Shown: one piece after another, positions 11,895 through 24,239 of the stretch
How the letters are laid out: each line of letters begins with the position of its first letter
Position numbering within the stretch: the stretch's first letter is position 1
Assembly (NCBI GenBank): GCA_013239625.1
Contig: MU053431.1
Span: 1,080,485 to 1,144,484 of the forward strand
Source: Lama guanicoe
Lineage: Eukaryota
Reading direction: 5' to 3'
Length of the DNA stretch: 64,000 nt
Translations under genes and position numbers: made by a program
Notes under the pieces: generated by a model
Told to the model about the DNA's origin: nothing
The model's input: only the letters and a program-made list of their open reading frames with translations
Databases searched by the model: none

Positions 11895-14525
11895 GGTTTC
11901 TTAACGAACTTCATCTTTTCAGAGCAGTTTTAGGTTCACAGAAAAACTGAGTGGAAGGCACAGAGACTTCCCACAGCCCCCTGCCCCGCACACGCACCGC
12001 CGCCCCCATCATCCGCATCCCCCACCGGACAGGACGTTGTTGGGACTGATGGGCCTACATGACCCGTCATCGCCCAGGATCCACAGGGCTCTCTCCTGGG
12101 GTGTACGCCCTGTGGGTTTGGACAAACGTGTGATGTCACGTGTGCACCACCACAGCACCAGCAGAGCAGCTTCGCTGCCCTGAAGATCCCCAGTGCGCCT
12201 GCTCATCCCTCCCTCCCTGCCAACCCCTGACAACCACTGATCTTTGTACTGTCTCTGTAGTTTTGCCTTTTCCAGAATGTCATATAGACAGGAACCTACA
12301 GAATGTAGCTTTTTCAGATTGGCTTCTTTCACTAATAATATGCATTAAGTTCCCTCTATGTATTTCGGGACTTGATAGCTCATTTCTTTTTAACATTGAA
12401 TAATATTCCATTGTCTGGATAAACCACCGTTTTTCCATCTATTCATCTGCTGAAGGGCATCTTGGTTGCTTCCACGCTTTGGCAGTTACGAATAAAGCTG
12501 CTATAAATATCCACGTGCAGGTTTTTGTGTGGACTTAAGTTTTCAGCTCCTTCGGCTAAACACCAGGAAGCCCGGTTACTGAGCACAACTAGTGTTGCGA
12601 GAAACCTCCAAACCGTCTTGCAAAGTGGCTGCACCGTCGTGCCGTCCCCGCGGCCGTGAGTGGGCGCTCCTGCTGCTGCCCGTCCCCGCCGGCCCTCGGT
12701 GCTGCCAGCGCTCTGGCTTTGGCCGTCCTCGTAGGCGTGCAATGGTAACGCGCTGCTGTTTTAATTTGCGTTTCCCTGATGCCGTAGGACGGGGAGCGTC
12801 TTTTATGTGCTTATTTGCCGTCTGTATGGCTCGTTTGGTGGCGAGGCTGTTAAGGTATTTTTCCCATTTTTAAATTGGGTTGTTTGTTTTCTTATTGTTG
12901 AGGTTTCAAATTTTCCATGCATTTCAGATAAGAGTCCAAACGTGTCTTTATCAGATGTGTCCTTTGCAAATATATTCCCCTAGTCTGTGGCTTGTCTCCT
13001 GATTCTCTTAATATTGTCTTTCTCAGGACAGAAGTTCTTAACTTTAACGAAGTCCTGTTTACCAGTATTTCTTTCCCGGATCACGCCTTTGGTGTGGTAC
13101 CTAGAAGTCATCGCCGTATCCAGGACCACCTAGATTTTCTTCTCTGTTGCCTTCTAGCAGTTTTTGTACTGTTGTGTTTTACACTTAGGTCTGTGACCCA
13201 CTTTGAGTTCATTTTTGTGACGGGTGTAAGGTCTGTGCCTAGATTCATCTTCACACATGGGTGGATGTCCAGTGGTTCCAGCACCATTTGTTGAAGAGAC
13301 TGTTTTTGCTCCATTGTGTTGCCTTTGCTATTTTGTCAAAGATCAATCACCTCTATTAACAGGGGTCTGTTTCTGGGCTCTCTGTTCGGCCCCATTGATC
13401 TGTTTGTTCTTTCACCAGCACCACTGTCTTAATTCCTGTAGCTCTGCAGTGAGTCTTGAAGTCAGGCGGTGCCCGTCCTCTGACTATGTTCTTCAATATT
13501 GTGTTGGCTATTCTGGGTCGCCTCCTCTCCCTGTAAACCTTAAAATCACACCGTCAGTATCCACAAAGCAACTTCCTGAGATTTTGATTGGGATTCCACT
13601 GACTCTAGATCACATTGGGAAGAACTGACATTGTGACAATATTGAGTCAGCCTGTCCATGAACATGGACTATCTCTCCATTTATTTAGTCCTTCTCTGAT
13701 TACATTCATTAGAGTTTTGCAGTTTTCCTCATATAAATCTTATACATATTTTGTTAGATTTATACCTAAGTATTTCATTTTAAGGGGTGTAATGATTTGC
13801 TTTTAATTTCAAATTCCACTTGTTCCTTTCTGATACATAAGGAAGTGATGAACTTTCATATATTAATCTTATATTCTATAGCTTTGCTATAATCACTTAT
13901 TAGTTCCAGTTTTGCAAACAAAAACAGATTTATTTCTTCTTTCCCAATCAGTGTGCCTTTTATTTCCTCCTTTTGCTTTATCACATTAGCAAAGACTTTC
14001 AGTGTAATGTTGAAAAGCAAGGAGGAGACGGGGCATCTTTGCCTGGTACCTGACCTTAGCAGGAAAGCTGTGTTTCTCATCATTAGGTGTGATGGTAGCT
14101 GTCAGGTTTTTCTGAGATAGTCTTTATTAAGTTAAGAAAGATACCCTCTGTTCCTAGTTTACAGAGAGTTTTTATCATGAATGGGTGTCAGATGTCAGAT
14201 GGATTTTATGCATCTGTTGACATGATCATGTGAGTTTTCTTTTTTAATCTGTTGATGCAATCTATTACATTAATTGATCTGGGGGGAGATAATTAGGTTT
14301 TTTCATTTATTTTTTTAATGGAGGTACTGGGGATTGAACCCAGGACCTTGTGCATGATAGGCACACACTTTGCCACTGAGCTATACCCTCCCCTGCATTA
14401 ACTGATCCTTGAATGTTGAACCAGCCATGCATACATGGGATAAACCCACTTAGTCATGGTGTATAATTTTTATACATCATTGGATTTGATTTGCTAAAAT
14501 TTTTTGAGAATTTCTGCATCTATAT
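11895..14525 (-). mobile_element. Ancient L1 (L1MC1-like 3' end plus ORF2 remnant), 5' truncated, with a nested SINE
   Basis: ttttcagagcagttttaggttcacag...ttttgccttttccagaatgtcatatag is a typical L1MC 3' UTR. Minus-strand remnants such as [37 protein letters not shown] are L1 ORF2 RT. Confidence 0.88.
14281..14393 (-). mobile_element. vic-1-like tRNA-derived SINE inserted in the old L1
   Basis: Reverse complement of the SINE head. Flanked by cattaattgatc (14268-14279) and cattaactgatc (14396-14407), a probable TSD with one mismatch. Confidence 0.88.
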
Positions 14526-17500
14526 TTGGGACTGTTGATTTTTACCCAAACCAGAACTGGCAGCTCAGTCCTCTCTGCCTCGTAATTGGCTTGGAATGCC
14601 ACTGCGCTCTTTTCTCTGCTTCAGCCTGGGTTGAAGCCACCATTGTCCCCTACCAGGGTGACAGCACCATCAACCATCCCGCCACAGCCAGGGGCCTGTC
14701 TCTCCCTGCTCGACACCGCGGCACACACAGCCGTCTGGCTCCTCACCTGGTTACCTCTTGTCCCAGCTCCCACTCCAGCCTCACACAGCCCTTGCAGGCC
14801 CACCTCTGGAGCCAGCTGCTTCCCAGGTGTTTGCAGCCCACCCCTTGCCATCCTTTAGGTCTCAGTGAATTGTTGCCTCCTCCAGGAAGCCGGCTAGAAT
14901 CCCCTGGCTGGAGCCACTTTGTTCTCCCTCTGGGATGCACAGCTCTGTTCACCCTACCCTCATATGAGGCAGGTCTGCCTTTGCTGTGGTCACTTCTGGG
15001 AGTGAGAGCCCAGAAGTACACAGGCCCCGAGACTGTTTGTTATGGATCAGGACCAGATAAGACAGAAACCACGAGTGGACATTTCCTGCAGCCATGCCCT
15101 GCCCACAGTCTTTTCCTGGTAGTTCATCTTGACTGTATTTTCTAAAAGTATCAGCGTGTGATGGAGACTGGATTTAAAACCCAAACGCGGGGCTTCCAGC
15201 AGGATGGACTGGGCAGTGGGGAGTGAACTTTGCCCTGATCCTGTCTTCTCCCTGAACGCAGGCTCCACGGGGAGGCAGGCCCAGCCTGTATCCCTCAGAG
15301 AACCCACGGAGGAGACAGGCCTGAGTGCACAGACAACCTCAGAGCCCCAGTGCCCGCCAGCCGTCACCCCGCACCTGGACAGCGTGGCGGGCTGCCCACA
15401 TCACGAGCCCGGGGCGCACCTGCCCCCTCTCCCGGGGAGAGTGGCCGGTTCCCGAGACCGCAGCCACGCCGGCCACTTCCCGGCAGCTGCTGTCGCAGAT
15501 TCAGTCAGGGCTGTCAAGAATGTCAACTTACTCCTTTCTAATGACGATTGTTATTGCCAGTTAATCACAGGTGAACACAGGCGCGGGCCAGAGCTTCTCC
15601 TACAGTCTCTTGAGTGAATGAGGGCGAAAGGGCGCCCCGGATGGGAACGTGGCGGGCGACGCTCCCCCAGCGCCCTCGGCGTCCACGCGAGCCCGAAATA
15701 GCGGCGCAGCGGTGGGGAGGCTGGCTTCTTTCTTTGTTCGCAGATGGCACAAGCTAATTATTCTCATTTGTGTAGCACCTTACACCTCTGTAGGGTTTTT
15801 TCAAAATGTTGGGAAACAGATGAGCACGTCTGTTTTTGTAGCCGTGTGAGAGCTTTTCCATTAACAGGATCAGGCAGGACCATCTGCGTATTTAGCGGAA
15901 AGTTTGCCACCAGCAGCGAGTTTAAAACTTTGAAACAATGGCCGAGGGGCGGTGGTCCTCACCTGTCTGGGGGCTGTCTGGGAGGGGCTGGGGATGCAGA
16001 TCAGGAACCCAGGTGGGTGGGCCTCCCACTGCCCTCAGCACTTCTCAGCCAGCTCACCCAGCCCAGGCAGTGCCCCCTGCCCGGGCTGATGAAAACCAAG
16101 CCAGAGAACTTTCTAGAAAAATTGGTGGTGGGAAGTCCCTCTGCTGCCAGCTCGTCCTCAGACAAGTGAGCTCCTGTATCTTCCTGTGTTTCTCAGTCAC
16201 AGAAGAGGAGGCGGGGAGTGGCGATCTGGGGGGGCCGGCTGGGGGAGATGCACCGAGAGCGTTACAGCTTCCTGGGGCCTCCAGGCACAATTGTGCCGGG
16301 CTTGTTCCCTTCGTCACCTCGTTGAATTATGGCAGAAACCCTTCAAGGTAGAGGTCATTACTTCCTCTTGACACGAGAGAGTAACCATTAGCTTGGCTTC
16401 TCCCCTGTTGCACTGAGTCCGTAAATCTGACTGTGGGCAACAGGCTCGTGCCTCGTGGTTTGAAGGTGATTGTGCTGGATCGGATATGAAGATCAGAGAG
16501 GTTTAGCGAGCTCTCCAAGGTCACACAGCTCGTCCAACTGGCTCCCAGGCCTTAGCTCTCGGCAAAGCAGAATGCCACGCCCTTTTGCACCTGCCATGGT
16601 CAGTGCACATAGTAGGTGCTGGTCACATAGTAGGGACTCTAGGAGATGACTTGCAGCTTCCTGCACATGTCTTCTCTTTTCGGGAGCCAGAGTCTAGTCC
16701 AGAGGCTGCCCTTCTCTAAGAGATGCCTTTTCTTTCCAAGGACGTCCAGAAATTTCTTTCACCATCTTCTGATGTGCATTTGGCAGGAGTGAGGCCCACT
16801 GGGGACAAATTGAGTTTGGGCCAGGGCATGGGGGCTGGATGGACGGGGCAGCCTGAGGCTCACCCTCTGCCTCCAGCCTTCCCAGTCCTCATTGTCTAAG
16901 TTATCTGAAAAAAATCACCCTGGTTCATTGACCTTTCTGTAAATTTTAATTTACAGTCAGGAGTAAATGTCATATAATTTTTATGCATTTGGCTGAGCTT
17001 CTTTGCCACTGTGTTAAAAGACAATTCCTTATCAAGGTTTCGTGTCAAACTTGTACAAGGGATAATTACCCCGGGATAAACGCTGCATTTGCATAAAGCT
17101 CCGTGGGCAAGGCTTTGGAAGGGAGCCTTGGGCGGGGGTCTGGGGATCCAGACAAGGGCGGTGTAAGGCCAGGATCCATTGCCTCCAAAATGACATCATT
17201 ATCTGGCTGTTTTTCCTGCCAGGGACTGAGCCACCCTGTGTGGCCTAAATGGGCAGGAATCACAGAGACACTTTCCTGCAAGACCCAGCCCAGCGGCTTT
17301 GGGATGTAGCGGCCAGCATTCCCCATTGGCCTCCACCAGAGAAATGGGGTGCATAGGAGCAGACGAGGGCTCCCTGAATGTCACCTTTCTGCTCAAGACA
17401 AGAAAAGTAGCCACACCACTACCTCAGCCTTCAGATCTTACAGTCTAATGGGAGAGGAAGAACAATCCGAAAAGGCAGAGAGATCAGGAGCCTTTGCAGG

Positions 17501-17744
17501 GACACATCCAGACGTGTGCGCCCCGGGCCGAGGCGAGACGGCAGTGGCCTGGGAGGCGTCTGTAAAATTGTTTCTGCAGATACAGGACTTGCTTTGGGTG
17601 TTTATCTTTCTAACTGCCATTTTGTTCATTGTAGCTGGAGGTGTTGAGGCAGGTCTGTGCGGGAGCAACTGTGTGACAGTCACATGAGCCGCCGTCCTTA
17701 CGTTGGTTGCTACGTACATGTTACGTTACGTTGTTGCTGCGTGT

Positions 17745-18070
17745 AACTGACAGAGCCCACCCTTCTTCCTGCAGACATATGGCAGGATGTCACTCCCCCA
17801 CTTCTGGGCAGTTAGGGCTGGCCGTGCCACCTGCTTTGGCCAATGAACTAGGAGCAAGAGCCAGGTACATCCCTCCCAGGAGGAAACCCAAGAGCCAGTG
17901 ACTCCCGCTTCTCAACACCAGATGCTCCTGGCCTTGGCGACCGTGCAAGCAGAAGAATCGTCCCTGAGGATTCCACAGAGCAAGGCCTCCTGGCTGGCCC
18001 ACAGCAGCACATCAGGTGCTTTGGGAGCCGTTTGTTACTTCAGCTTAACCCAGACTCATGCTGACTGATA
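17745..18070 (+). mobile_element. MaLR LTR (MLT1H/I/J-like)
   Basis: cttctgggcagttagggctggccgtgccacctgctttggccaatgaa...tttgttacttcagcttaacccagactcatgctgactgata is typical of old MLT1. Confidence 0.6.
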
Positions 18071-20580
18071 CCCTGAGTTCCCAATATGCATCTCTTCCAA
18101 CGGTAGTAGAAATGGTGTAGATCCAACCATTTTAAGGCCCTTGCAGGGCTTCCCAGGCGCTGGTGTGCTCTAGTGGAGATTTCTGAGAGAGACACCGTGT
18201 GCACCGTGGCCACATATGAGAAGCCATGTCCCTGCCGCTCCCTGACACTGGCCCTGGCCCCAGGGCCCTGAGCCTTCTTCGGACAGCAATATTGTGACCC
18301 GTAAAGAATGTGCCCCTGTTCCTACGTGCTCCTCAGAAGCAGGATTTGGACCAGAACAACCAAACAGGTGCTCAGGCCTTTGCTTCCTTTGGGGCAGCCC
18401 CTGGCTGAGGAAGGGGGTGCCGTGGGAAGACAGTTACAGGAAGGATCGTGCTTTCTCTCCATGTCAGGGTAGAATTCACTCTTCAGCACTGTGTTCCTCG
18501 TCCTGAGCCTAGCAAACGTATCCCCGAGTCCCGGCCATCAGAGCTCAAAGTGTGTGTCGGAGAGAAGCCCGTCCTGGAAAGCTCTCGGGGGTGCCGCACG
18601 TGGCCTCGTAACTCCTGAAGGACTCCTCCCCAGGGCCTCTCAGAGCCAGGTGGGCCGGGGGCAGGTGGCTCTGCCCGGGGCACCTGAGCCTGCTCGGATT
18701 AGCTCCTGCTCCCCTCAGTCCCTGTCCAGGCTCCCTCCCCGGGCCCAGGACCAGGCAGCCCCTCGCCCCGGAGCCCCCAGCGAGCTGCCTGTGCCTTGGA
18801 GCCTGACTGTGTTTGCTCAAGGCTCCCCTGGCCCCTGAGGAGGTTTGCATCCTTGGGTTACAGGCACCCCAGGGGTCTGCTCATCTCAAGGAGGTCCCCA
18901 AATATCTCCAAGCCAAGCATGAAATGAATGCGCCCAGAACGGTGGTTCTGACAAGGGAAGACCCGGGGGAGGCTGCTGGTGGCAGTCGGGGTGATTGAGA
19001 AGGAGGGGGAAGTGTGTTTGCGAGTCCTGAGTTCTTTTTATTTACTTTAGAAAAATATTTGGCCGCCAACCCACGTGTGTTTGCAAAGGGAGCAGCTGGT
19101 GAAGTTCAGAGTCAGGTTTGGATTCAGCCCAGCAAACGGAGATGGATGGTGCGCTCGCCAGAGGGGCCGTCAGGTGCCGGGGGCTCTGCACTGTCTTGGG
19201 CCCCCTCACAGAGTGTCCCCGTCCCAGAGTGACAAGTGTGCCCCTTCTCGTGGCGCTGGTGGCTTCAGTCTGCGGCCAGGGCGGCTGGGCAGCAGCCTGG
19301 GGGCTGCCACAGAGTTCAGGCACCACGTCCCACCTGGACTCCCATGAAGGCCCCTCACTTGGAAACGTGGGTGCCTCGCATCTGGAAGCGCAGAGAACCT
19401 GGGAGAAGTCCCTCCCGCCGCGGGGGCTCACTTCAGGCCTGTGACGCCTGCGGCCGTTCGATCAGCTGCAGCCTCAGTTACGTCTCCGAGTCACGGCGGC
19501 GAAACCAGGGCTCGTCCTGACGCCGCGCAGCAGAACCGTCCCGGAGACACCGCGGGTCCCTCCCCACTGCAGACAGTGAGGCGGGCCCCGCAGGGCCCCT
19601 CGGGCCAGCAGCAGCAGCCCCGAAGGAGAGGCTCCCTTGGCCACTTTCTGGGGCGTAGACGAGTTAATGTGTGGTCTGCGTCCTGATTTGCACCAACCTG
19701 CCCCTCCACACACAGACCCCCAGCGTGGAGGGGCCCCATCTGTGCCAGCCCCCAGGCCTGCCCCCCAGGAAGCACGCGTGTGCAGGGGAGCAGGGAGCCG
19801 CTCCCTGGGTGTGCGTGTGCTGGGCGTGCCCGGGCCCGCGCCTCTGCCCGCCCTCCCTCCTCACTCACCGCCCAGTCCATTCCGCCGTGCCCGTGTCCCA
19901 GGGCCTTCCTGGCCACCCCGCGCCCCCCCGCGCCCGGTCTGCCTTACCCCGCGCTGGGCTCCGAGCCCCGTCTAAGCCGCCCTGACGTCCCGCCCGCACG
20001 GCTCCCTCTGCGGGAACAGGAGAGGGGCTCACTCTGCCCCCGGGCGCGCCGCCTTTGGAGAGCAGGGGCTCCCCGAGGAGGCGGTGGGTGTGTGCCCAGC
20101 AGGCAGCAGCAAGCGAGGGGTGAGCCAGGCCAGGCAGCACGTGGACAGACAGATGGACAGATGGGCAGACGCGTCTCCTGGATCTGCTCCTTCATTCCCC
20201 GGCTGCTGGTGCACTGTCCCTGCGTGAGGTGCAGCTGGGGTCCCCTCACCCCAGGGCTGGGAGGGGTTGCAGCGGGAGGCTGACCCCGGGGTCGCGGTGC
20301 TGGGACCACCGTCCCTGTGGCCAGCAGAAGCCGCCCTCCCAAACGTTGACCCCTCCCTAGGTATTTGGGAAGGCTTTGTGGGAGCTTTGACAGGAGAAAG
20401 AAGCCCTGGGGGGGAGGGGTCAGCCAGAGCCGGCGACTCTCAAATGCTTTTAAAATACAGAGAACAAGAAACAGTCCCAAACTGCCCTTTTGGTAAAATG
20501 GAGTAAAATCGTAAACCAGGTCTGGGGGTCCCTCCAGAGCCGCCCCTTCCTCTCACAGGCTCCCCACCTGCAGAGAGGAC

Positions 20581-20632
20581 AGGGGAGGAGGGGGAGAGGA
20601 GGGAGGGGAGGGGAGGAGGGAGGGGGAAAAAA
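20581..20632. repeat. Polypurine (GGA/GGGGA) tract with G-quadruplex or triplex potential
   Basis: aggggaggagggggagaggagggaggggaggggaggagggagggggaaaaaag, containing multiple G3+ runs. Confidence 0.8.
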
Positions 20633-21959
20633 GCCGTCTCTCTACCTGGGCCTTAATCGTGGGTGATTTCATTAGCTCAGTCCTCGTGCGCAAGAGCTAA
20701 AAACAAGAGGCTGGCGGGTCTAAAAATAGCCGGTCCTGCTTCTTATGTTGTAGACGGTCCCCCAGGCCCCTCCCCCAGCCTGGCTGTCAGCGCCGTCCTC
20801 CTCACTCCTCACACCTCACGCATGCGGGCGCTCAGACGGGAGCCTGCACCCAGGTTGGCGAAGCCGAGCCCCGCAGAAGGAGGAGCCAGTGGAGAGAGGC
20901 GGCCGTGGAGGGCGCTGAAATACCCAGTCCGTTCTCATAACGACAGGCTTGTCTGGGGCCGGCCGGGCACTGGGGAGGCGCCGCGAAGTCAGAAAAGCAC
21001 CTGGGGGCTCCTGGGGTGACCGCCAGGCAGGCAGGTGTCAGTCCGCTAAACCCCGCCACGGATGGGTCCGCCTGAGACGGCGTTGGTCTCTTCTCGGCAG
21101 CCCCGCCCCCGATGCTCCCGGAACAGAGACCACATTGGGGGTTGACGTTCCTGATCTGCCAGCGCACTCACCTGTAAGGCGGGTGACAGTGGTCCCTGCC
21201 CAAATTGTGGGGGCTGAGTGTGGTCTGGGTGTTGGGTTTGGCCCAGTGCCGGCAGGTGGTAGGACCTCGATAAGCCACCAAGCCGTCATTATTACAACGA
21301 TCACCATTATTGCTGTCACCAGGCCCCACGACAGACGTGTTAGTCGCACTTGCTGAATTAGGAAGGGACACTTATTCCCAGCAACACTGGTGGCAATGGC
21401 ATCCCCACCCCTGGGGACAGTGAGAACCCCTGGACGCAGCTGTGGGCAGCGTAGAGCCCCGTCCAGAGCCTGCCCGCCGTCTCCTATGGGCAGTGCAGGG
21501 ACCCCCAAGCCTCATCCTCTCCTCCTGAGCATCACCGTCGGGGAAGCCAGGAAGGCGGGCACCAGACAGGTGTAGAAAATGACAGCCGCACACCTGGCCG
21601 GCCCTCGTGCGTCCCCGAGTCTGTCCGCGCACACGCGCTGCGTTTCTCCTGGAGGCTTCAAGCGTAGGCATGACTGCGTGTTTGTGAGCCCACACCTGGC
21701 TGTGGGCTCCACACGTAACTCCCCTGGCAGCAAGAGCTGCTGGAGAGAATCGGAGGCCTGGGGGGGACGGGGGGCGGAGGTGTCGGGGGAGCAGCGCTGA
21801 TCAGACGACGCACGCGTCCTCTCAGTCTGGCCTGTGTCACCCGGGAGGGGACGGCTGCGGTCATGTCCACCACCAGGTGGAAGGGGCCCCTCCGGCACGA
21901 GGCTGGGGGACCCCTCAGCAGCGGCTCTGCCGCTCGCTGGCCTGGACCTCAGGGGGCCG

Positions 21960-22122
21960 GTGCAGCTCTCTGAACCTCAGCTTCCCCCTCTGGAAAATGG
22001 AATTCACAGACTCCCGACGGGTTTGCAAAGGTTAGCTTGACACCTCCCTCCAGGTGCCTCACGGGACACCTGAGTGACAGCCAAGTCAGTGGTGAATGAA
22101 TGAATGAGTGAATGAATGAAAA
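21960..22122. mobile_element. MIR fragment followed by an L2-type (TGAA)n end
   Basis: ctctctgaacctcagcttccccctctggaaaatgg is a MIR core; tgaatgaatgaatgagtgaatgaatgaa follows. Confidence 0.55.
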
Positions 22123-24239
22123 CTCACCAAATGTTCACGTTAGTTCTTGAGAGGCTTGTTAATCTAGATGGTCAACAAGATCATAGGCGTCTTAACAGTC
22201 AGAAAACCTCTCCCATTTTTCCAAAGAATCAAATGGACTCCCAGAATCTTGGCTGAGAGGGCAAAGGTCCGGGCAGGCCCACCCCCTCCAGGCCCTCAAG
22301 GAAGCCCCGCACCCTTGGCCGTTAGGGTGGCTCCCACGTCCCCGAGACGGAGCTATGCACCAAGCATCCTCCCTCCCGCCAGGGACGCTGGGCAGAGTCG
22401 GGGCCACGGCCCCGGCCCTCGCTGGGGAGAACGCCCCCCCGGCCCGGCTTTCTGAGCGTGGGAACGACACGCAGGTGGTCAGCCGTTCGCCTCGCCGCCC
22501 TCCGAGCCGACACGGCAGTTTGACGGCTCCGGGCACTTCCGAAACCCGGGCACCTTGGCAGGTTGGCACATCTGTGCCTGGACGCGCCTCCGTCAGCCTC
22601 CGCTTGCGCCTCTGTGAGTGCAGGTGGGAGGGTTTCACCAGAGACGCCACCCGCCTGAGAGGCCTGAGCTTCGTTCTGCTGGGGCATCAGCGGGATTTCC
22701 TCGCGAGAAAAGCAGACCTCAGCCGCTTGGGAACAGAACTTTCGCATGAATAACCCCCCTTAGACCTGGAATTGCAGCCTCCCTCACCACCTGCTTCCTG
22801 ATCTCCCCAGACACCTGCATCTCTGTTTTCTTGAACAAAGGACTGTGCATTCGTCCCAGAACCTGGAGAAATTCCTCGCCTTATGTGGGCTCAGAACCAT
22901 CCTGAGACTTAAGCCTCGTGCTGTAGTCCCAGCGGGCAGGGGGCTCTGCTTCTCCTGTCGGCGCCCCAATCCTTACGCGGTGCCGTAAACATTAAATTAG
23001 GACACCCAGGGTTTCTCAAAGCAATGCTTGGCCGGGTGGGGGAGACGTGCTGGCAGACACGAGTCGACAAGCCCAGGGCCCCACAGGTGTCTGAGGCCTG
23101 AACGCCGCAAGTGGCCTTGGCCCGGCACCTCAGCTCCCAGTCTCCTCCTCCCTCGATGGGTACGAGCACACCGGCCCGCGGGCACGACGTGGCCCGCACA
23201 GCCCCTGCTGCTGCCCCAGAGACTAGGCTGGAGCAGCGCTGCGTCAGGCCGCATCCCCCCGGGCCTGGGCATGGGCGTGGCTTGGCGCACACCTGCGCCC
23301 GGAGCCCCCCCCCCCCACGGCTGGGATGCAGCGTCTTCCCACCCTCCCGGGCCCCATCCTCTGTGTCCTGCCCCCAGGGCCCACTCCGGGGCATCCCCGC
23401 CTCCCCCAGGGCCGCTGCCTGAGGCCGCAGCCGCCACACCTCCGAGGTGTGACTGTGCCCGTTTAAACAATTGGACTTAATTTCTCTCAGGATTCCTTCT
23501 GTCTCTTGTCAAGTGTGTTTAACACTAATGGAAGTAATTAGCAAGCCCCAGAGAGAGGCGGAGGCAGGTCTGGCTGCGGCATCGAGCGCCCGGTGGGCCC
23601 CATGTCCTGACCCCTATGGAAGCAGGAGCTGCCTCCCCTGCAAGCAGATTCTCCCCGGGATGGCTCCGTGGCCCGCAGCTGGTTTCCACACAGGCACCTT
23701 CTCCCCGTGCAGCCACTTTCCTCCTCACGCTGAGCGCTGGGACCTCAAGGTCCCAGAGGGGCCGGTGCCGCAGGCAACCTTCCACCATCCCCACGGGGAC
23801 CTGGGGAGGCCACAGCCTCGGGGAGCAGCCACCGGCACCACCCAGGGTCAGAGTTCTCTGCCATCAGCAGAAAGTTCTGGCACGAGGTCGCAGATGAGAA
23901 CATTTTAAGATATTTGAGGGGCCCCCACCGACCTCACCTAGAACAGCCACTGGGCAGGCCGGTGCCGGAGAGCCTGCGGGGGAGGTCCCGACCCCTCCTC
24001 CCCGTCCTGCCCCCTCCAAGGAGGTTTGACATCTCTGAGCCTTGGTTTCCTCATCTGCAAAGTGGGGACAAAGCCGCCTGAGTGGCAGAGTGCCTGGTGC
24101 TTGGGAAACAGGTCACTTCCCAGAAAGCCCTAGACAAGATGGATAATCCGAATTTAAGTCAGGATGGGAGTTTTTCCGTATTTGCTGGTATTCGCTAACA
24201 CGTTGAGGGAACAGTTTTCTAGAGAATCCCGTAAGATTT

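Noticed and set aside
21870..21883. CTCF-like ccaccaggtggaag
   Set aside because: Partial match only; such matches are frequent in GC-rich DNA and cannot be supported without a scored scan.
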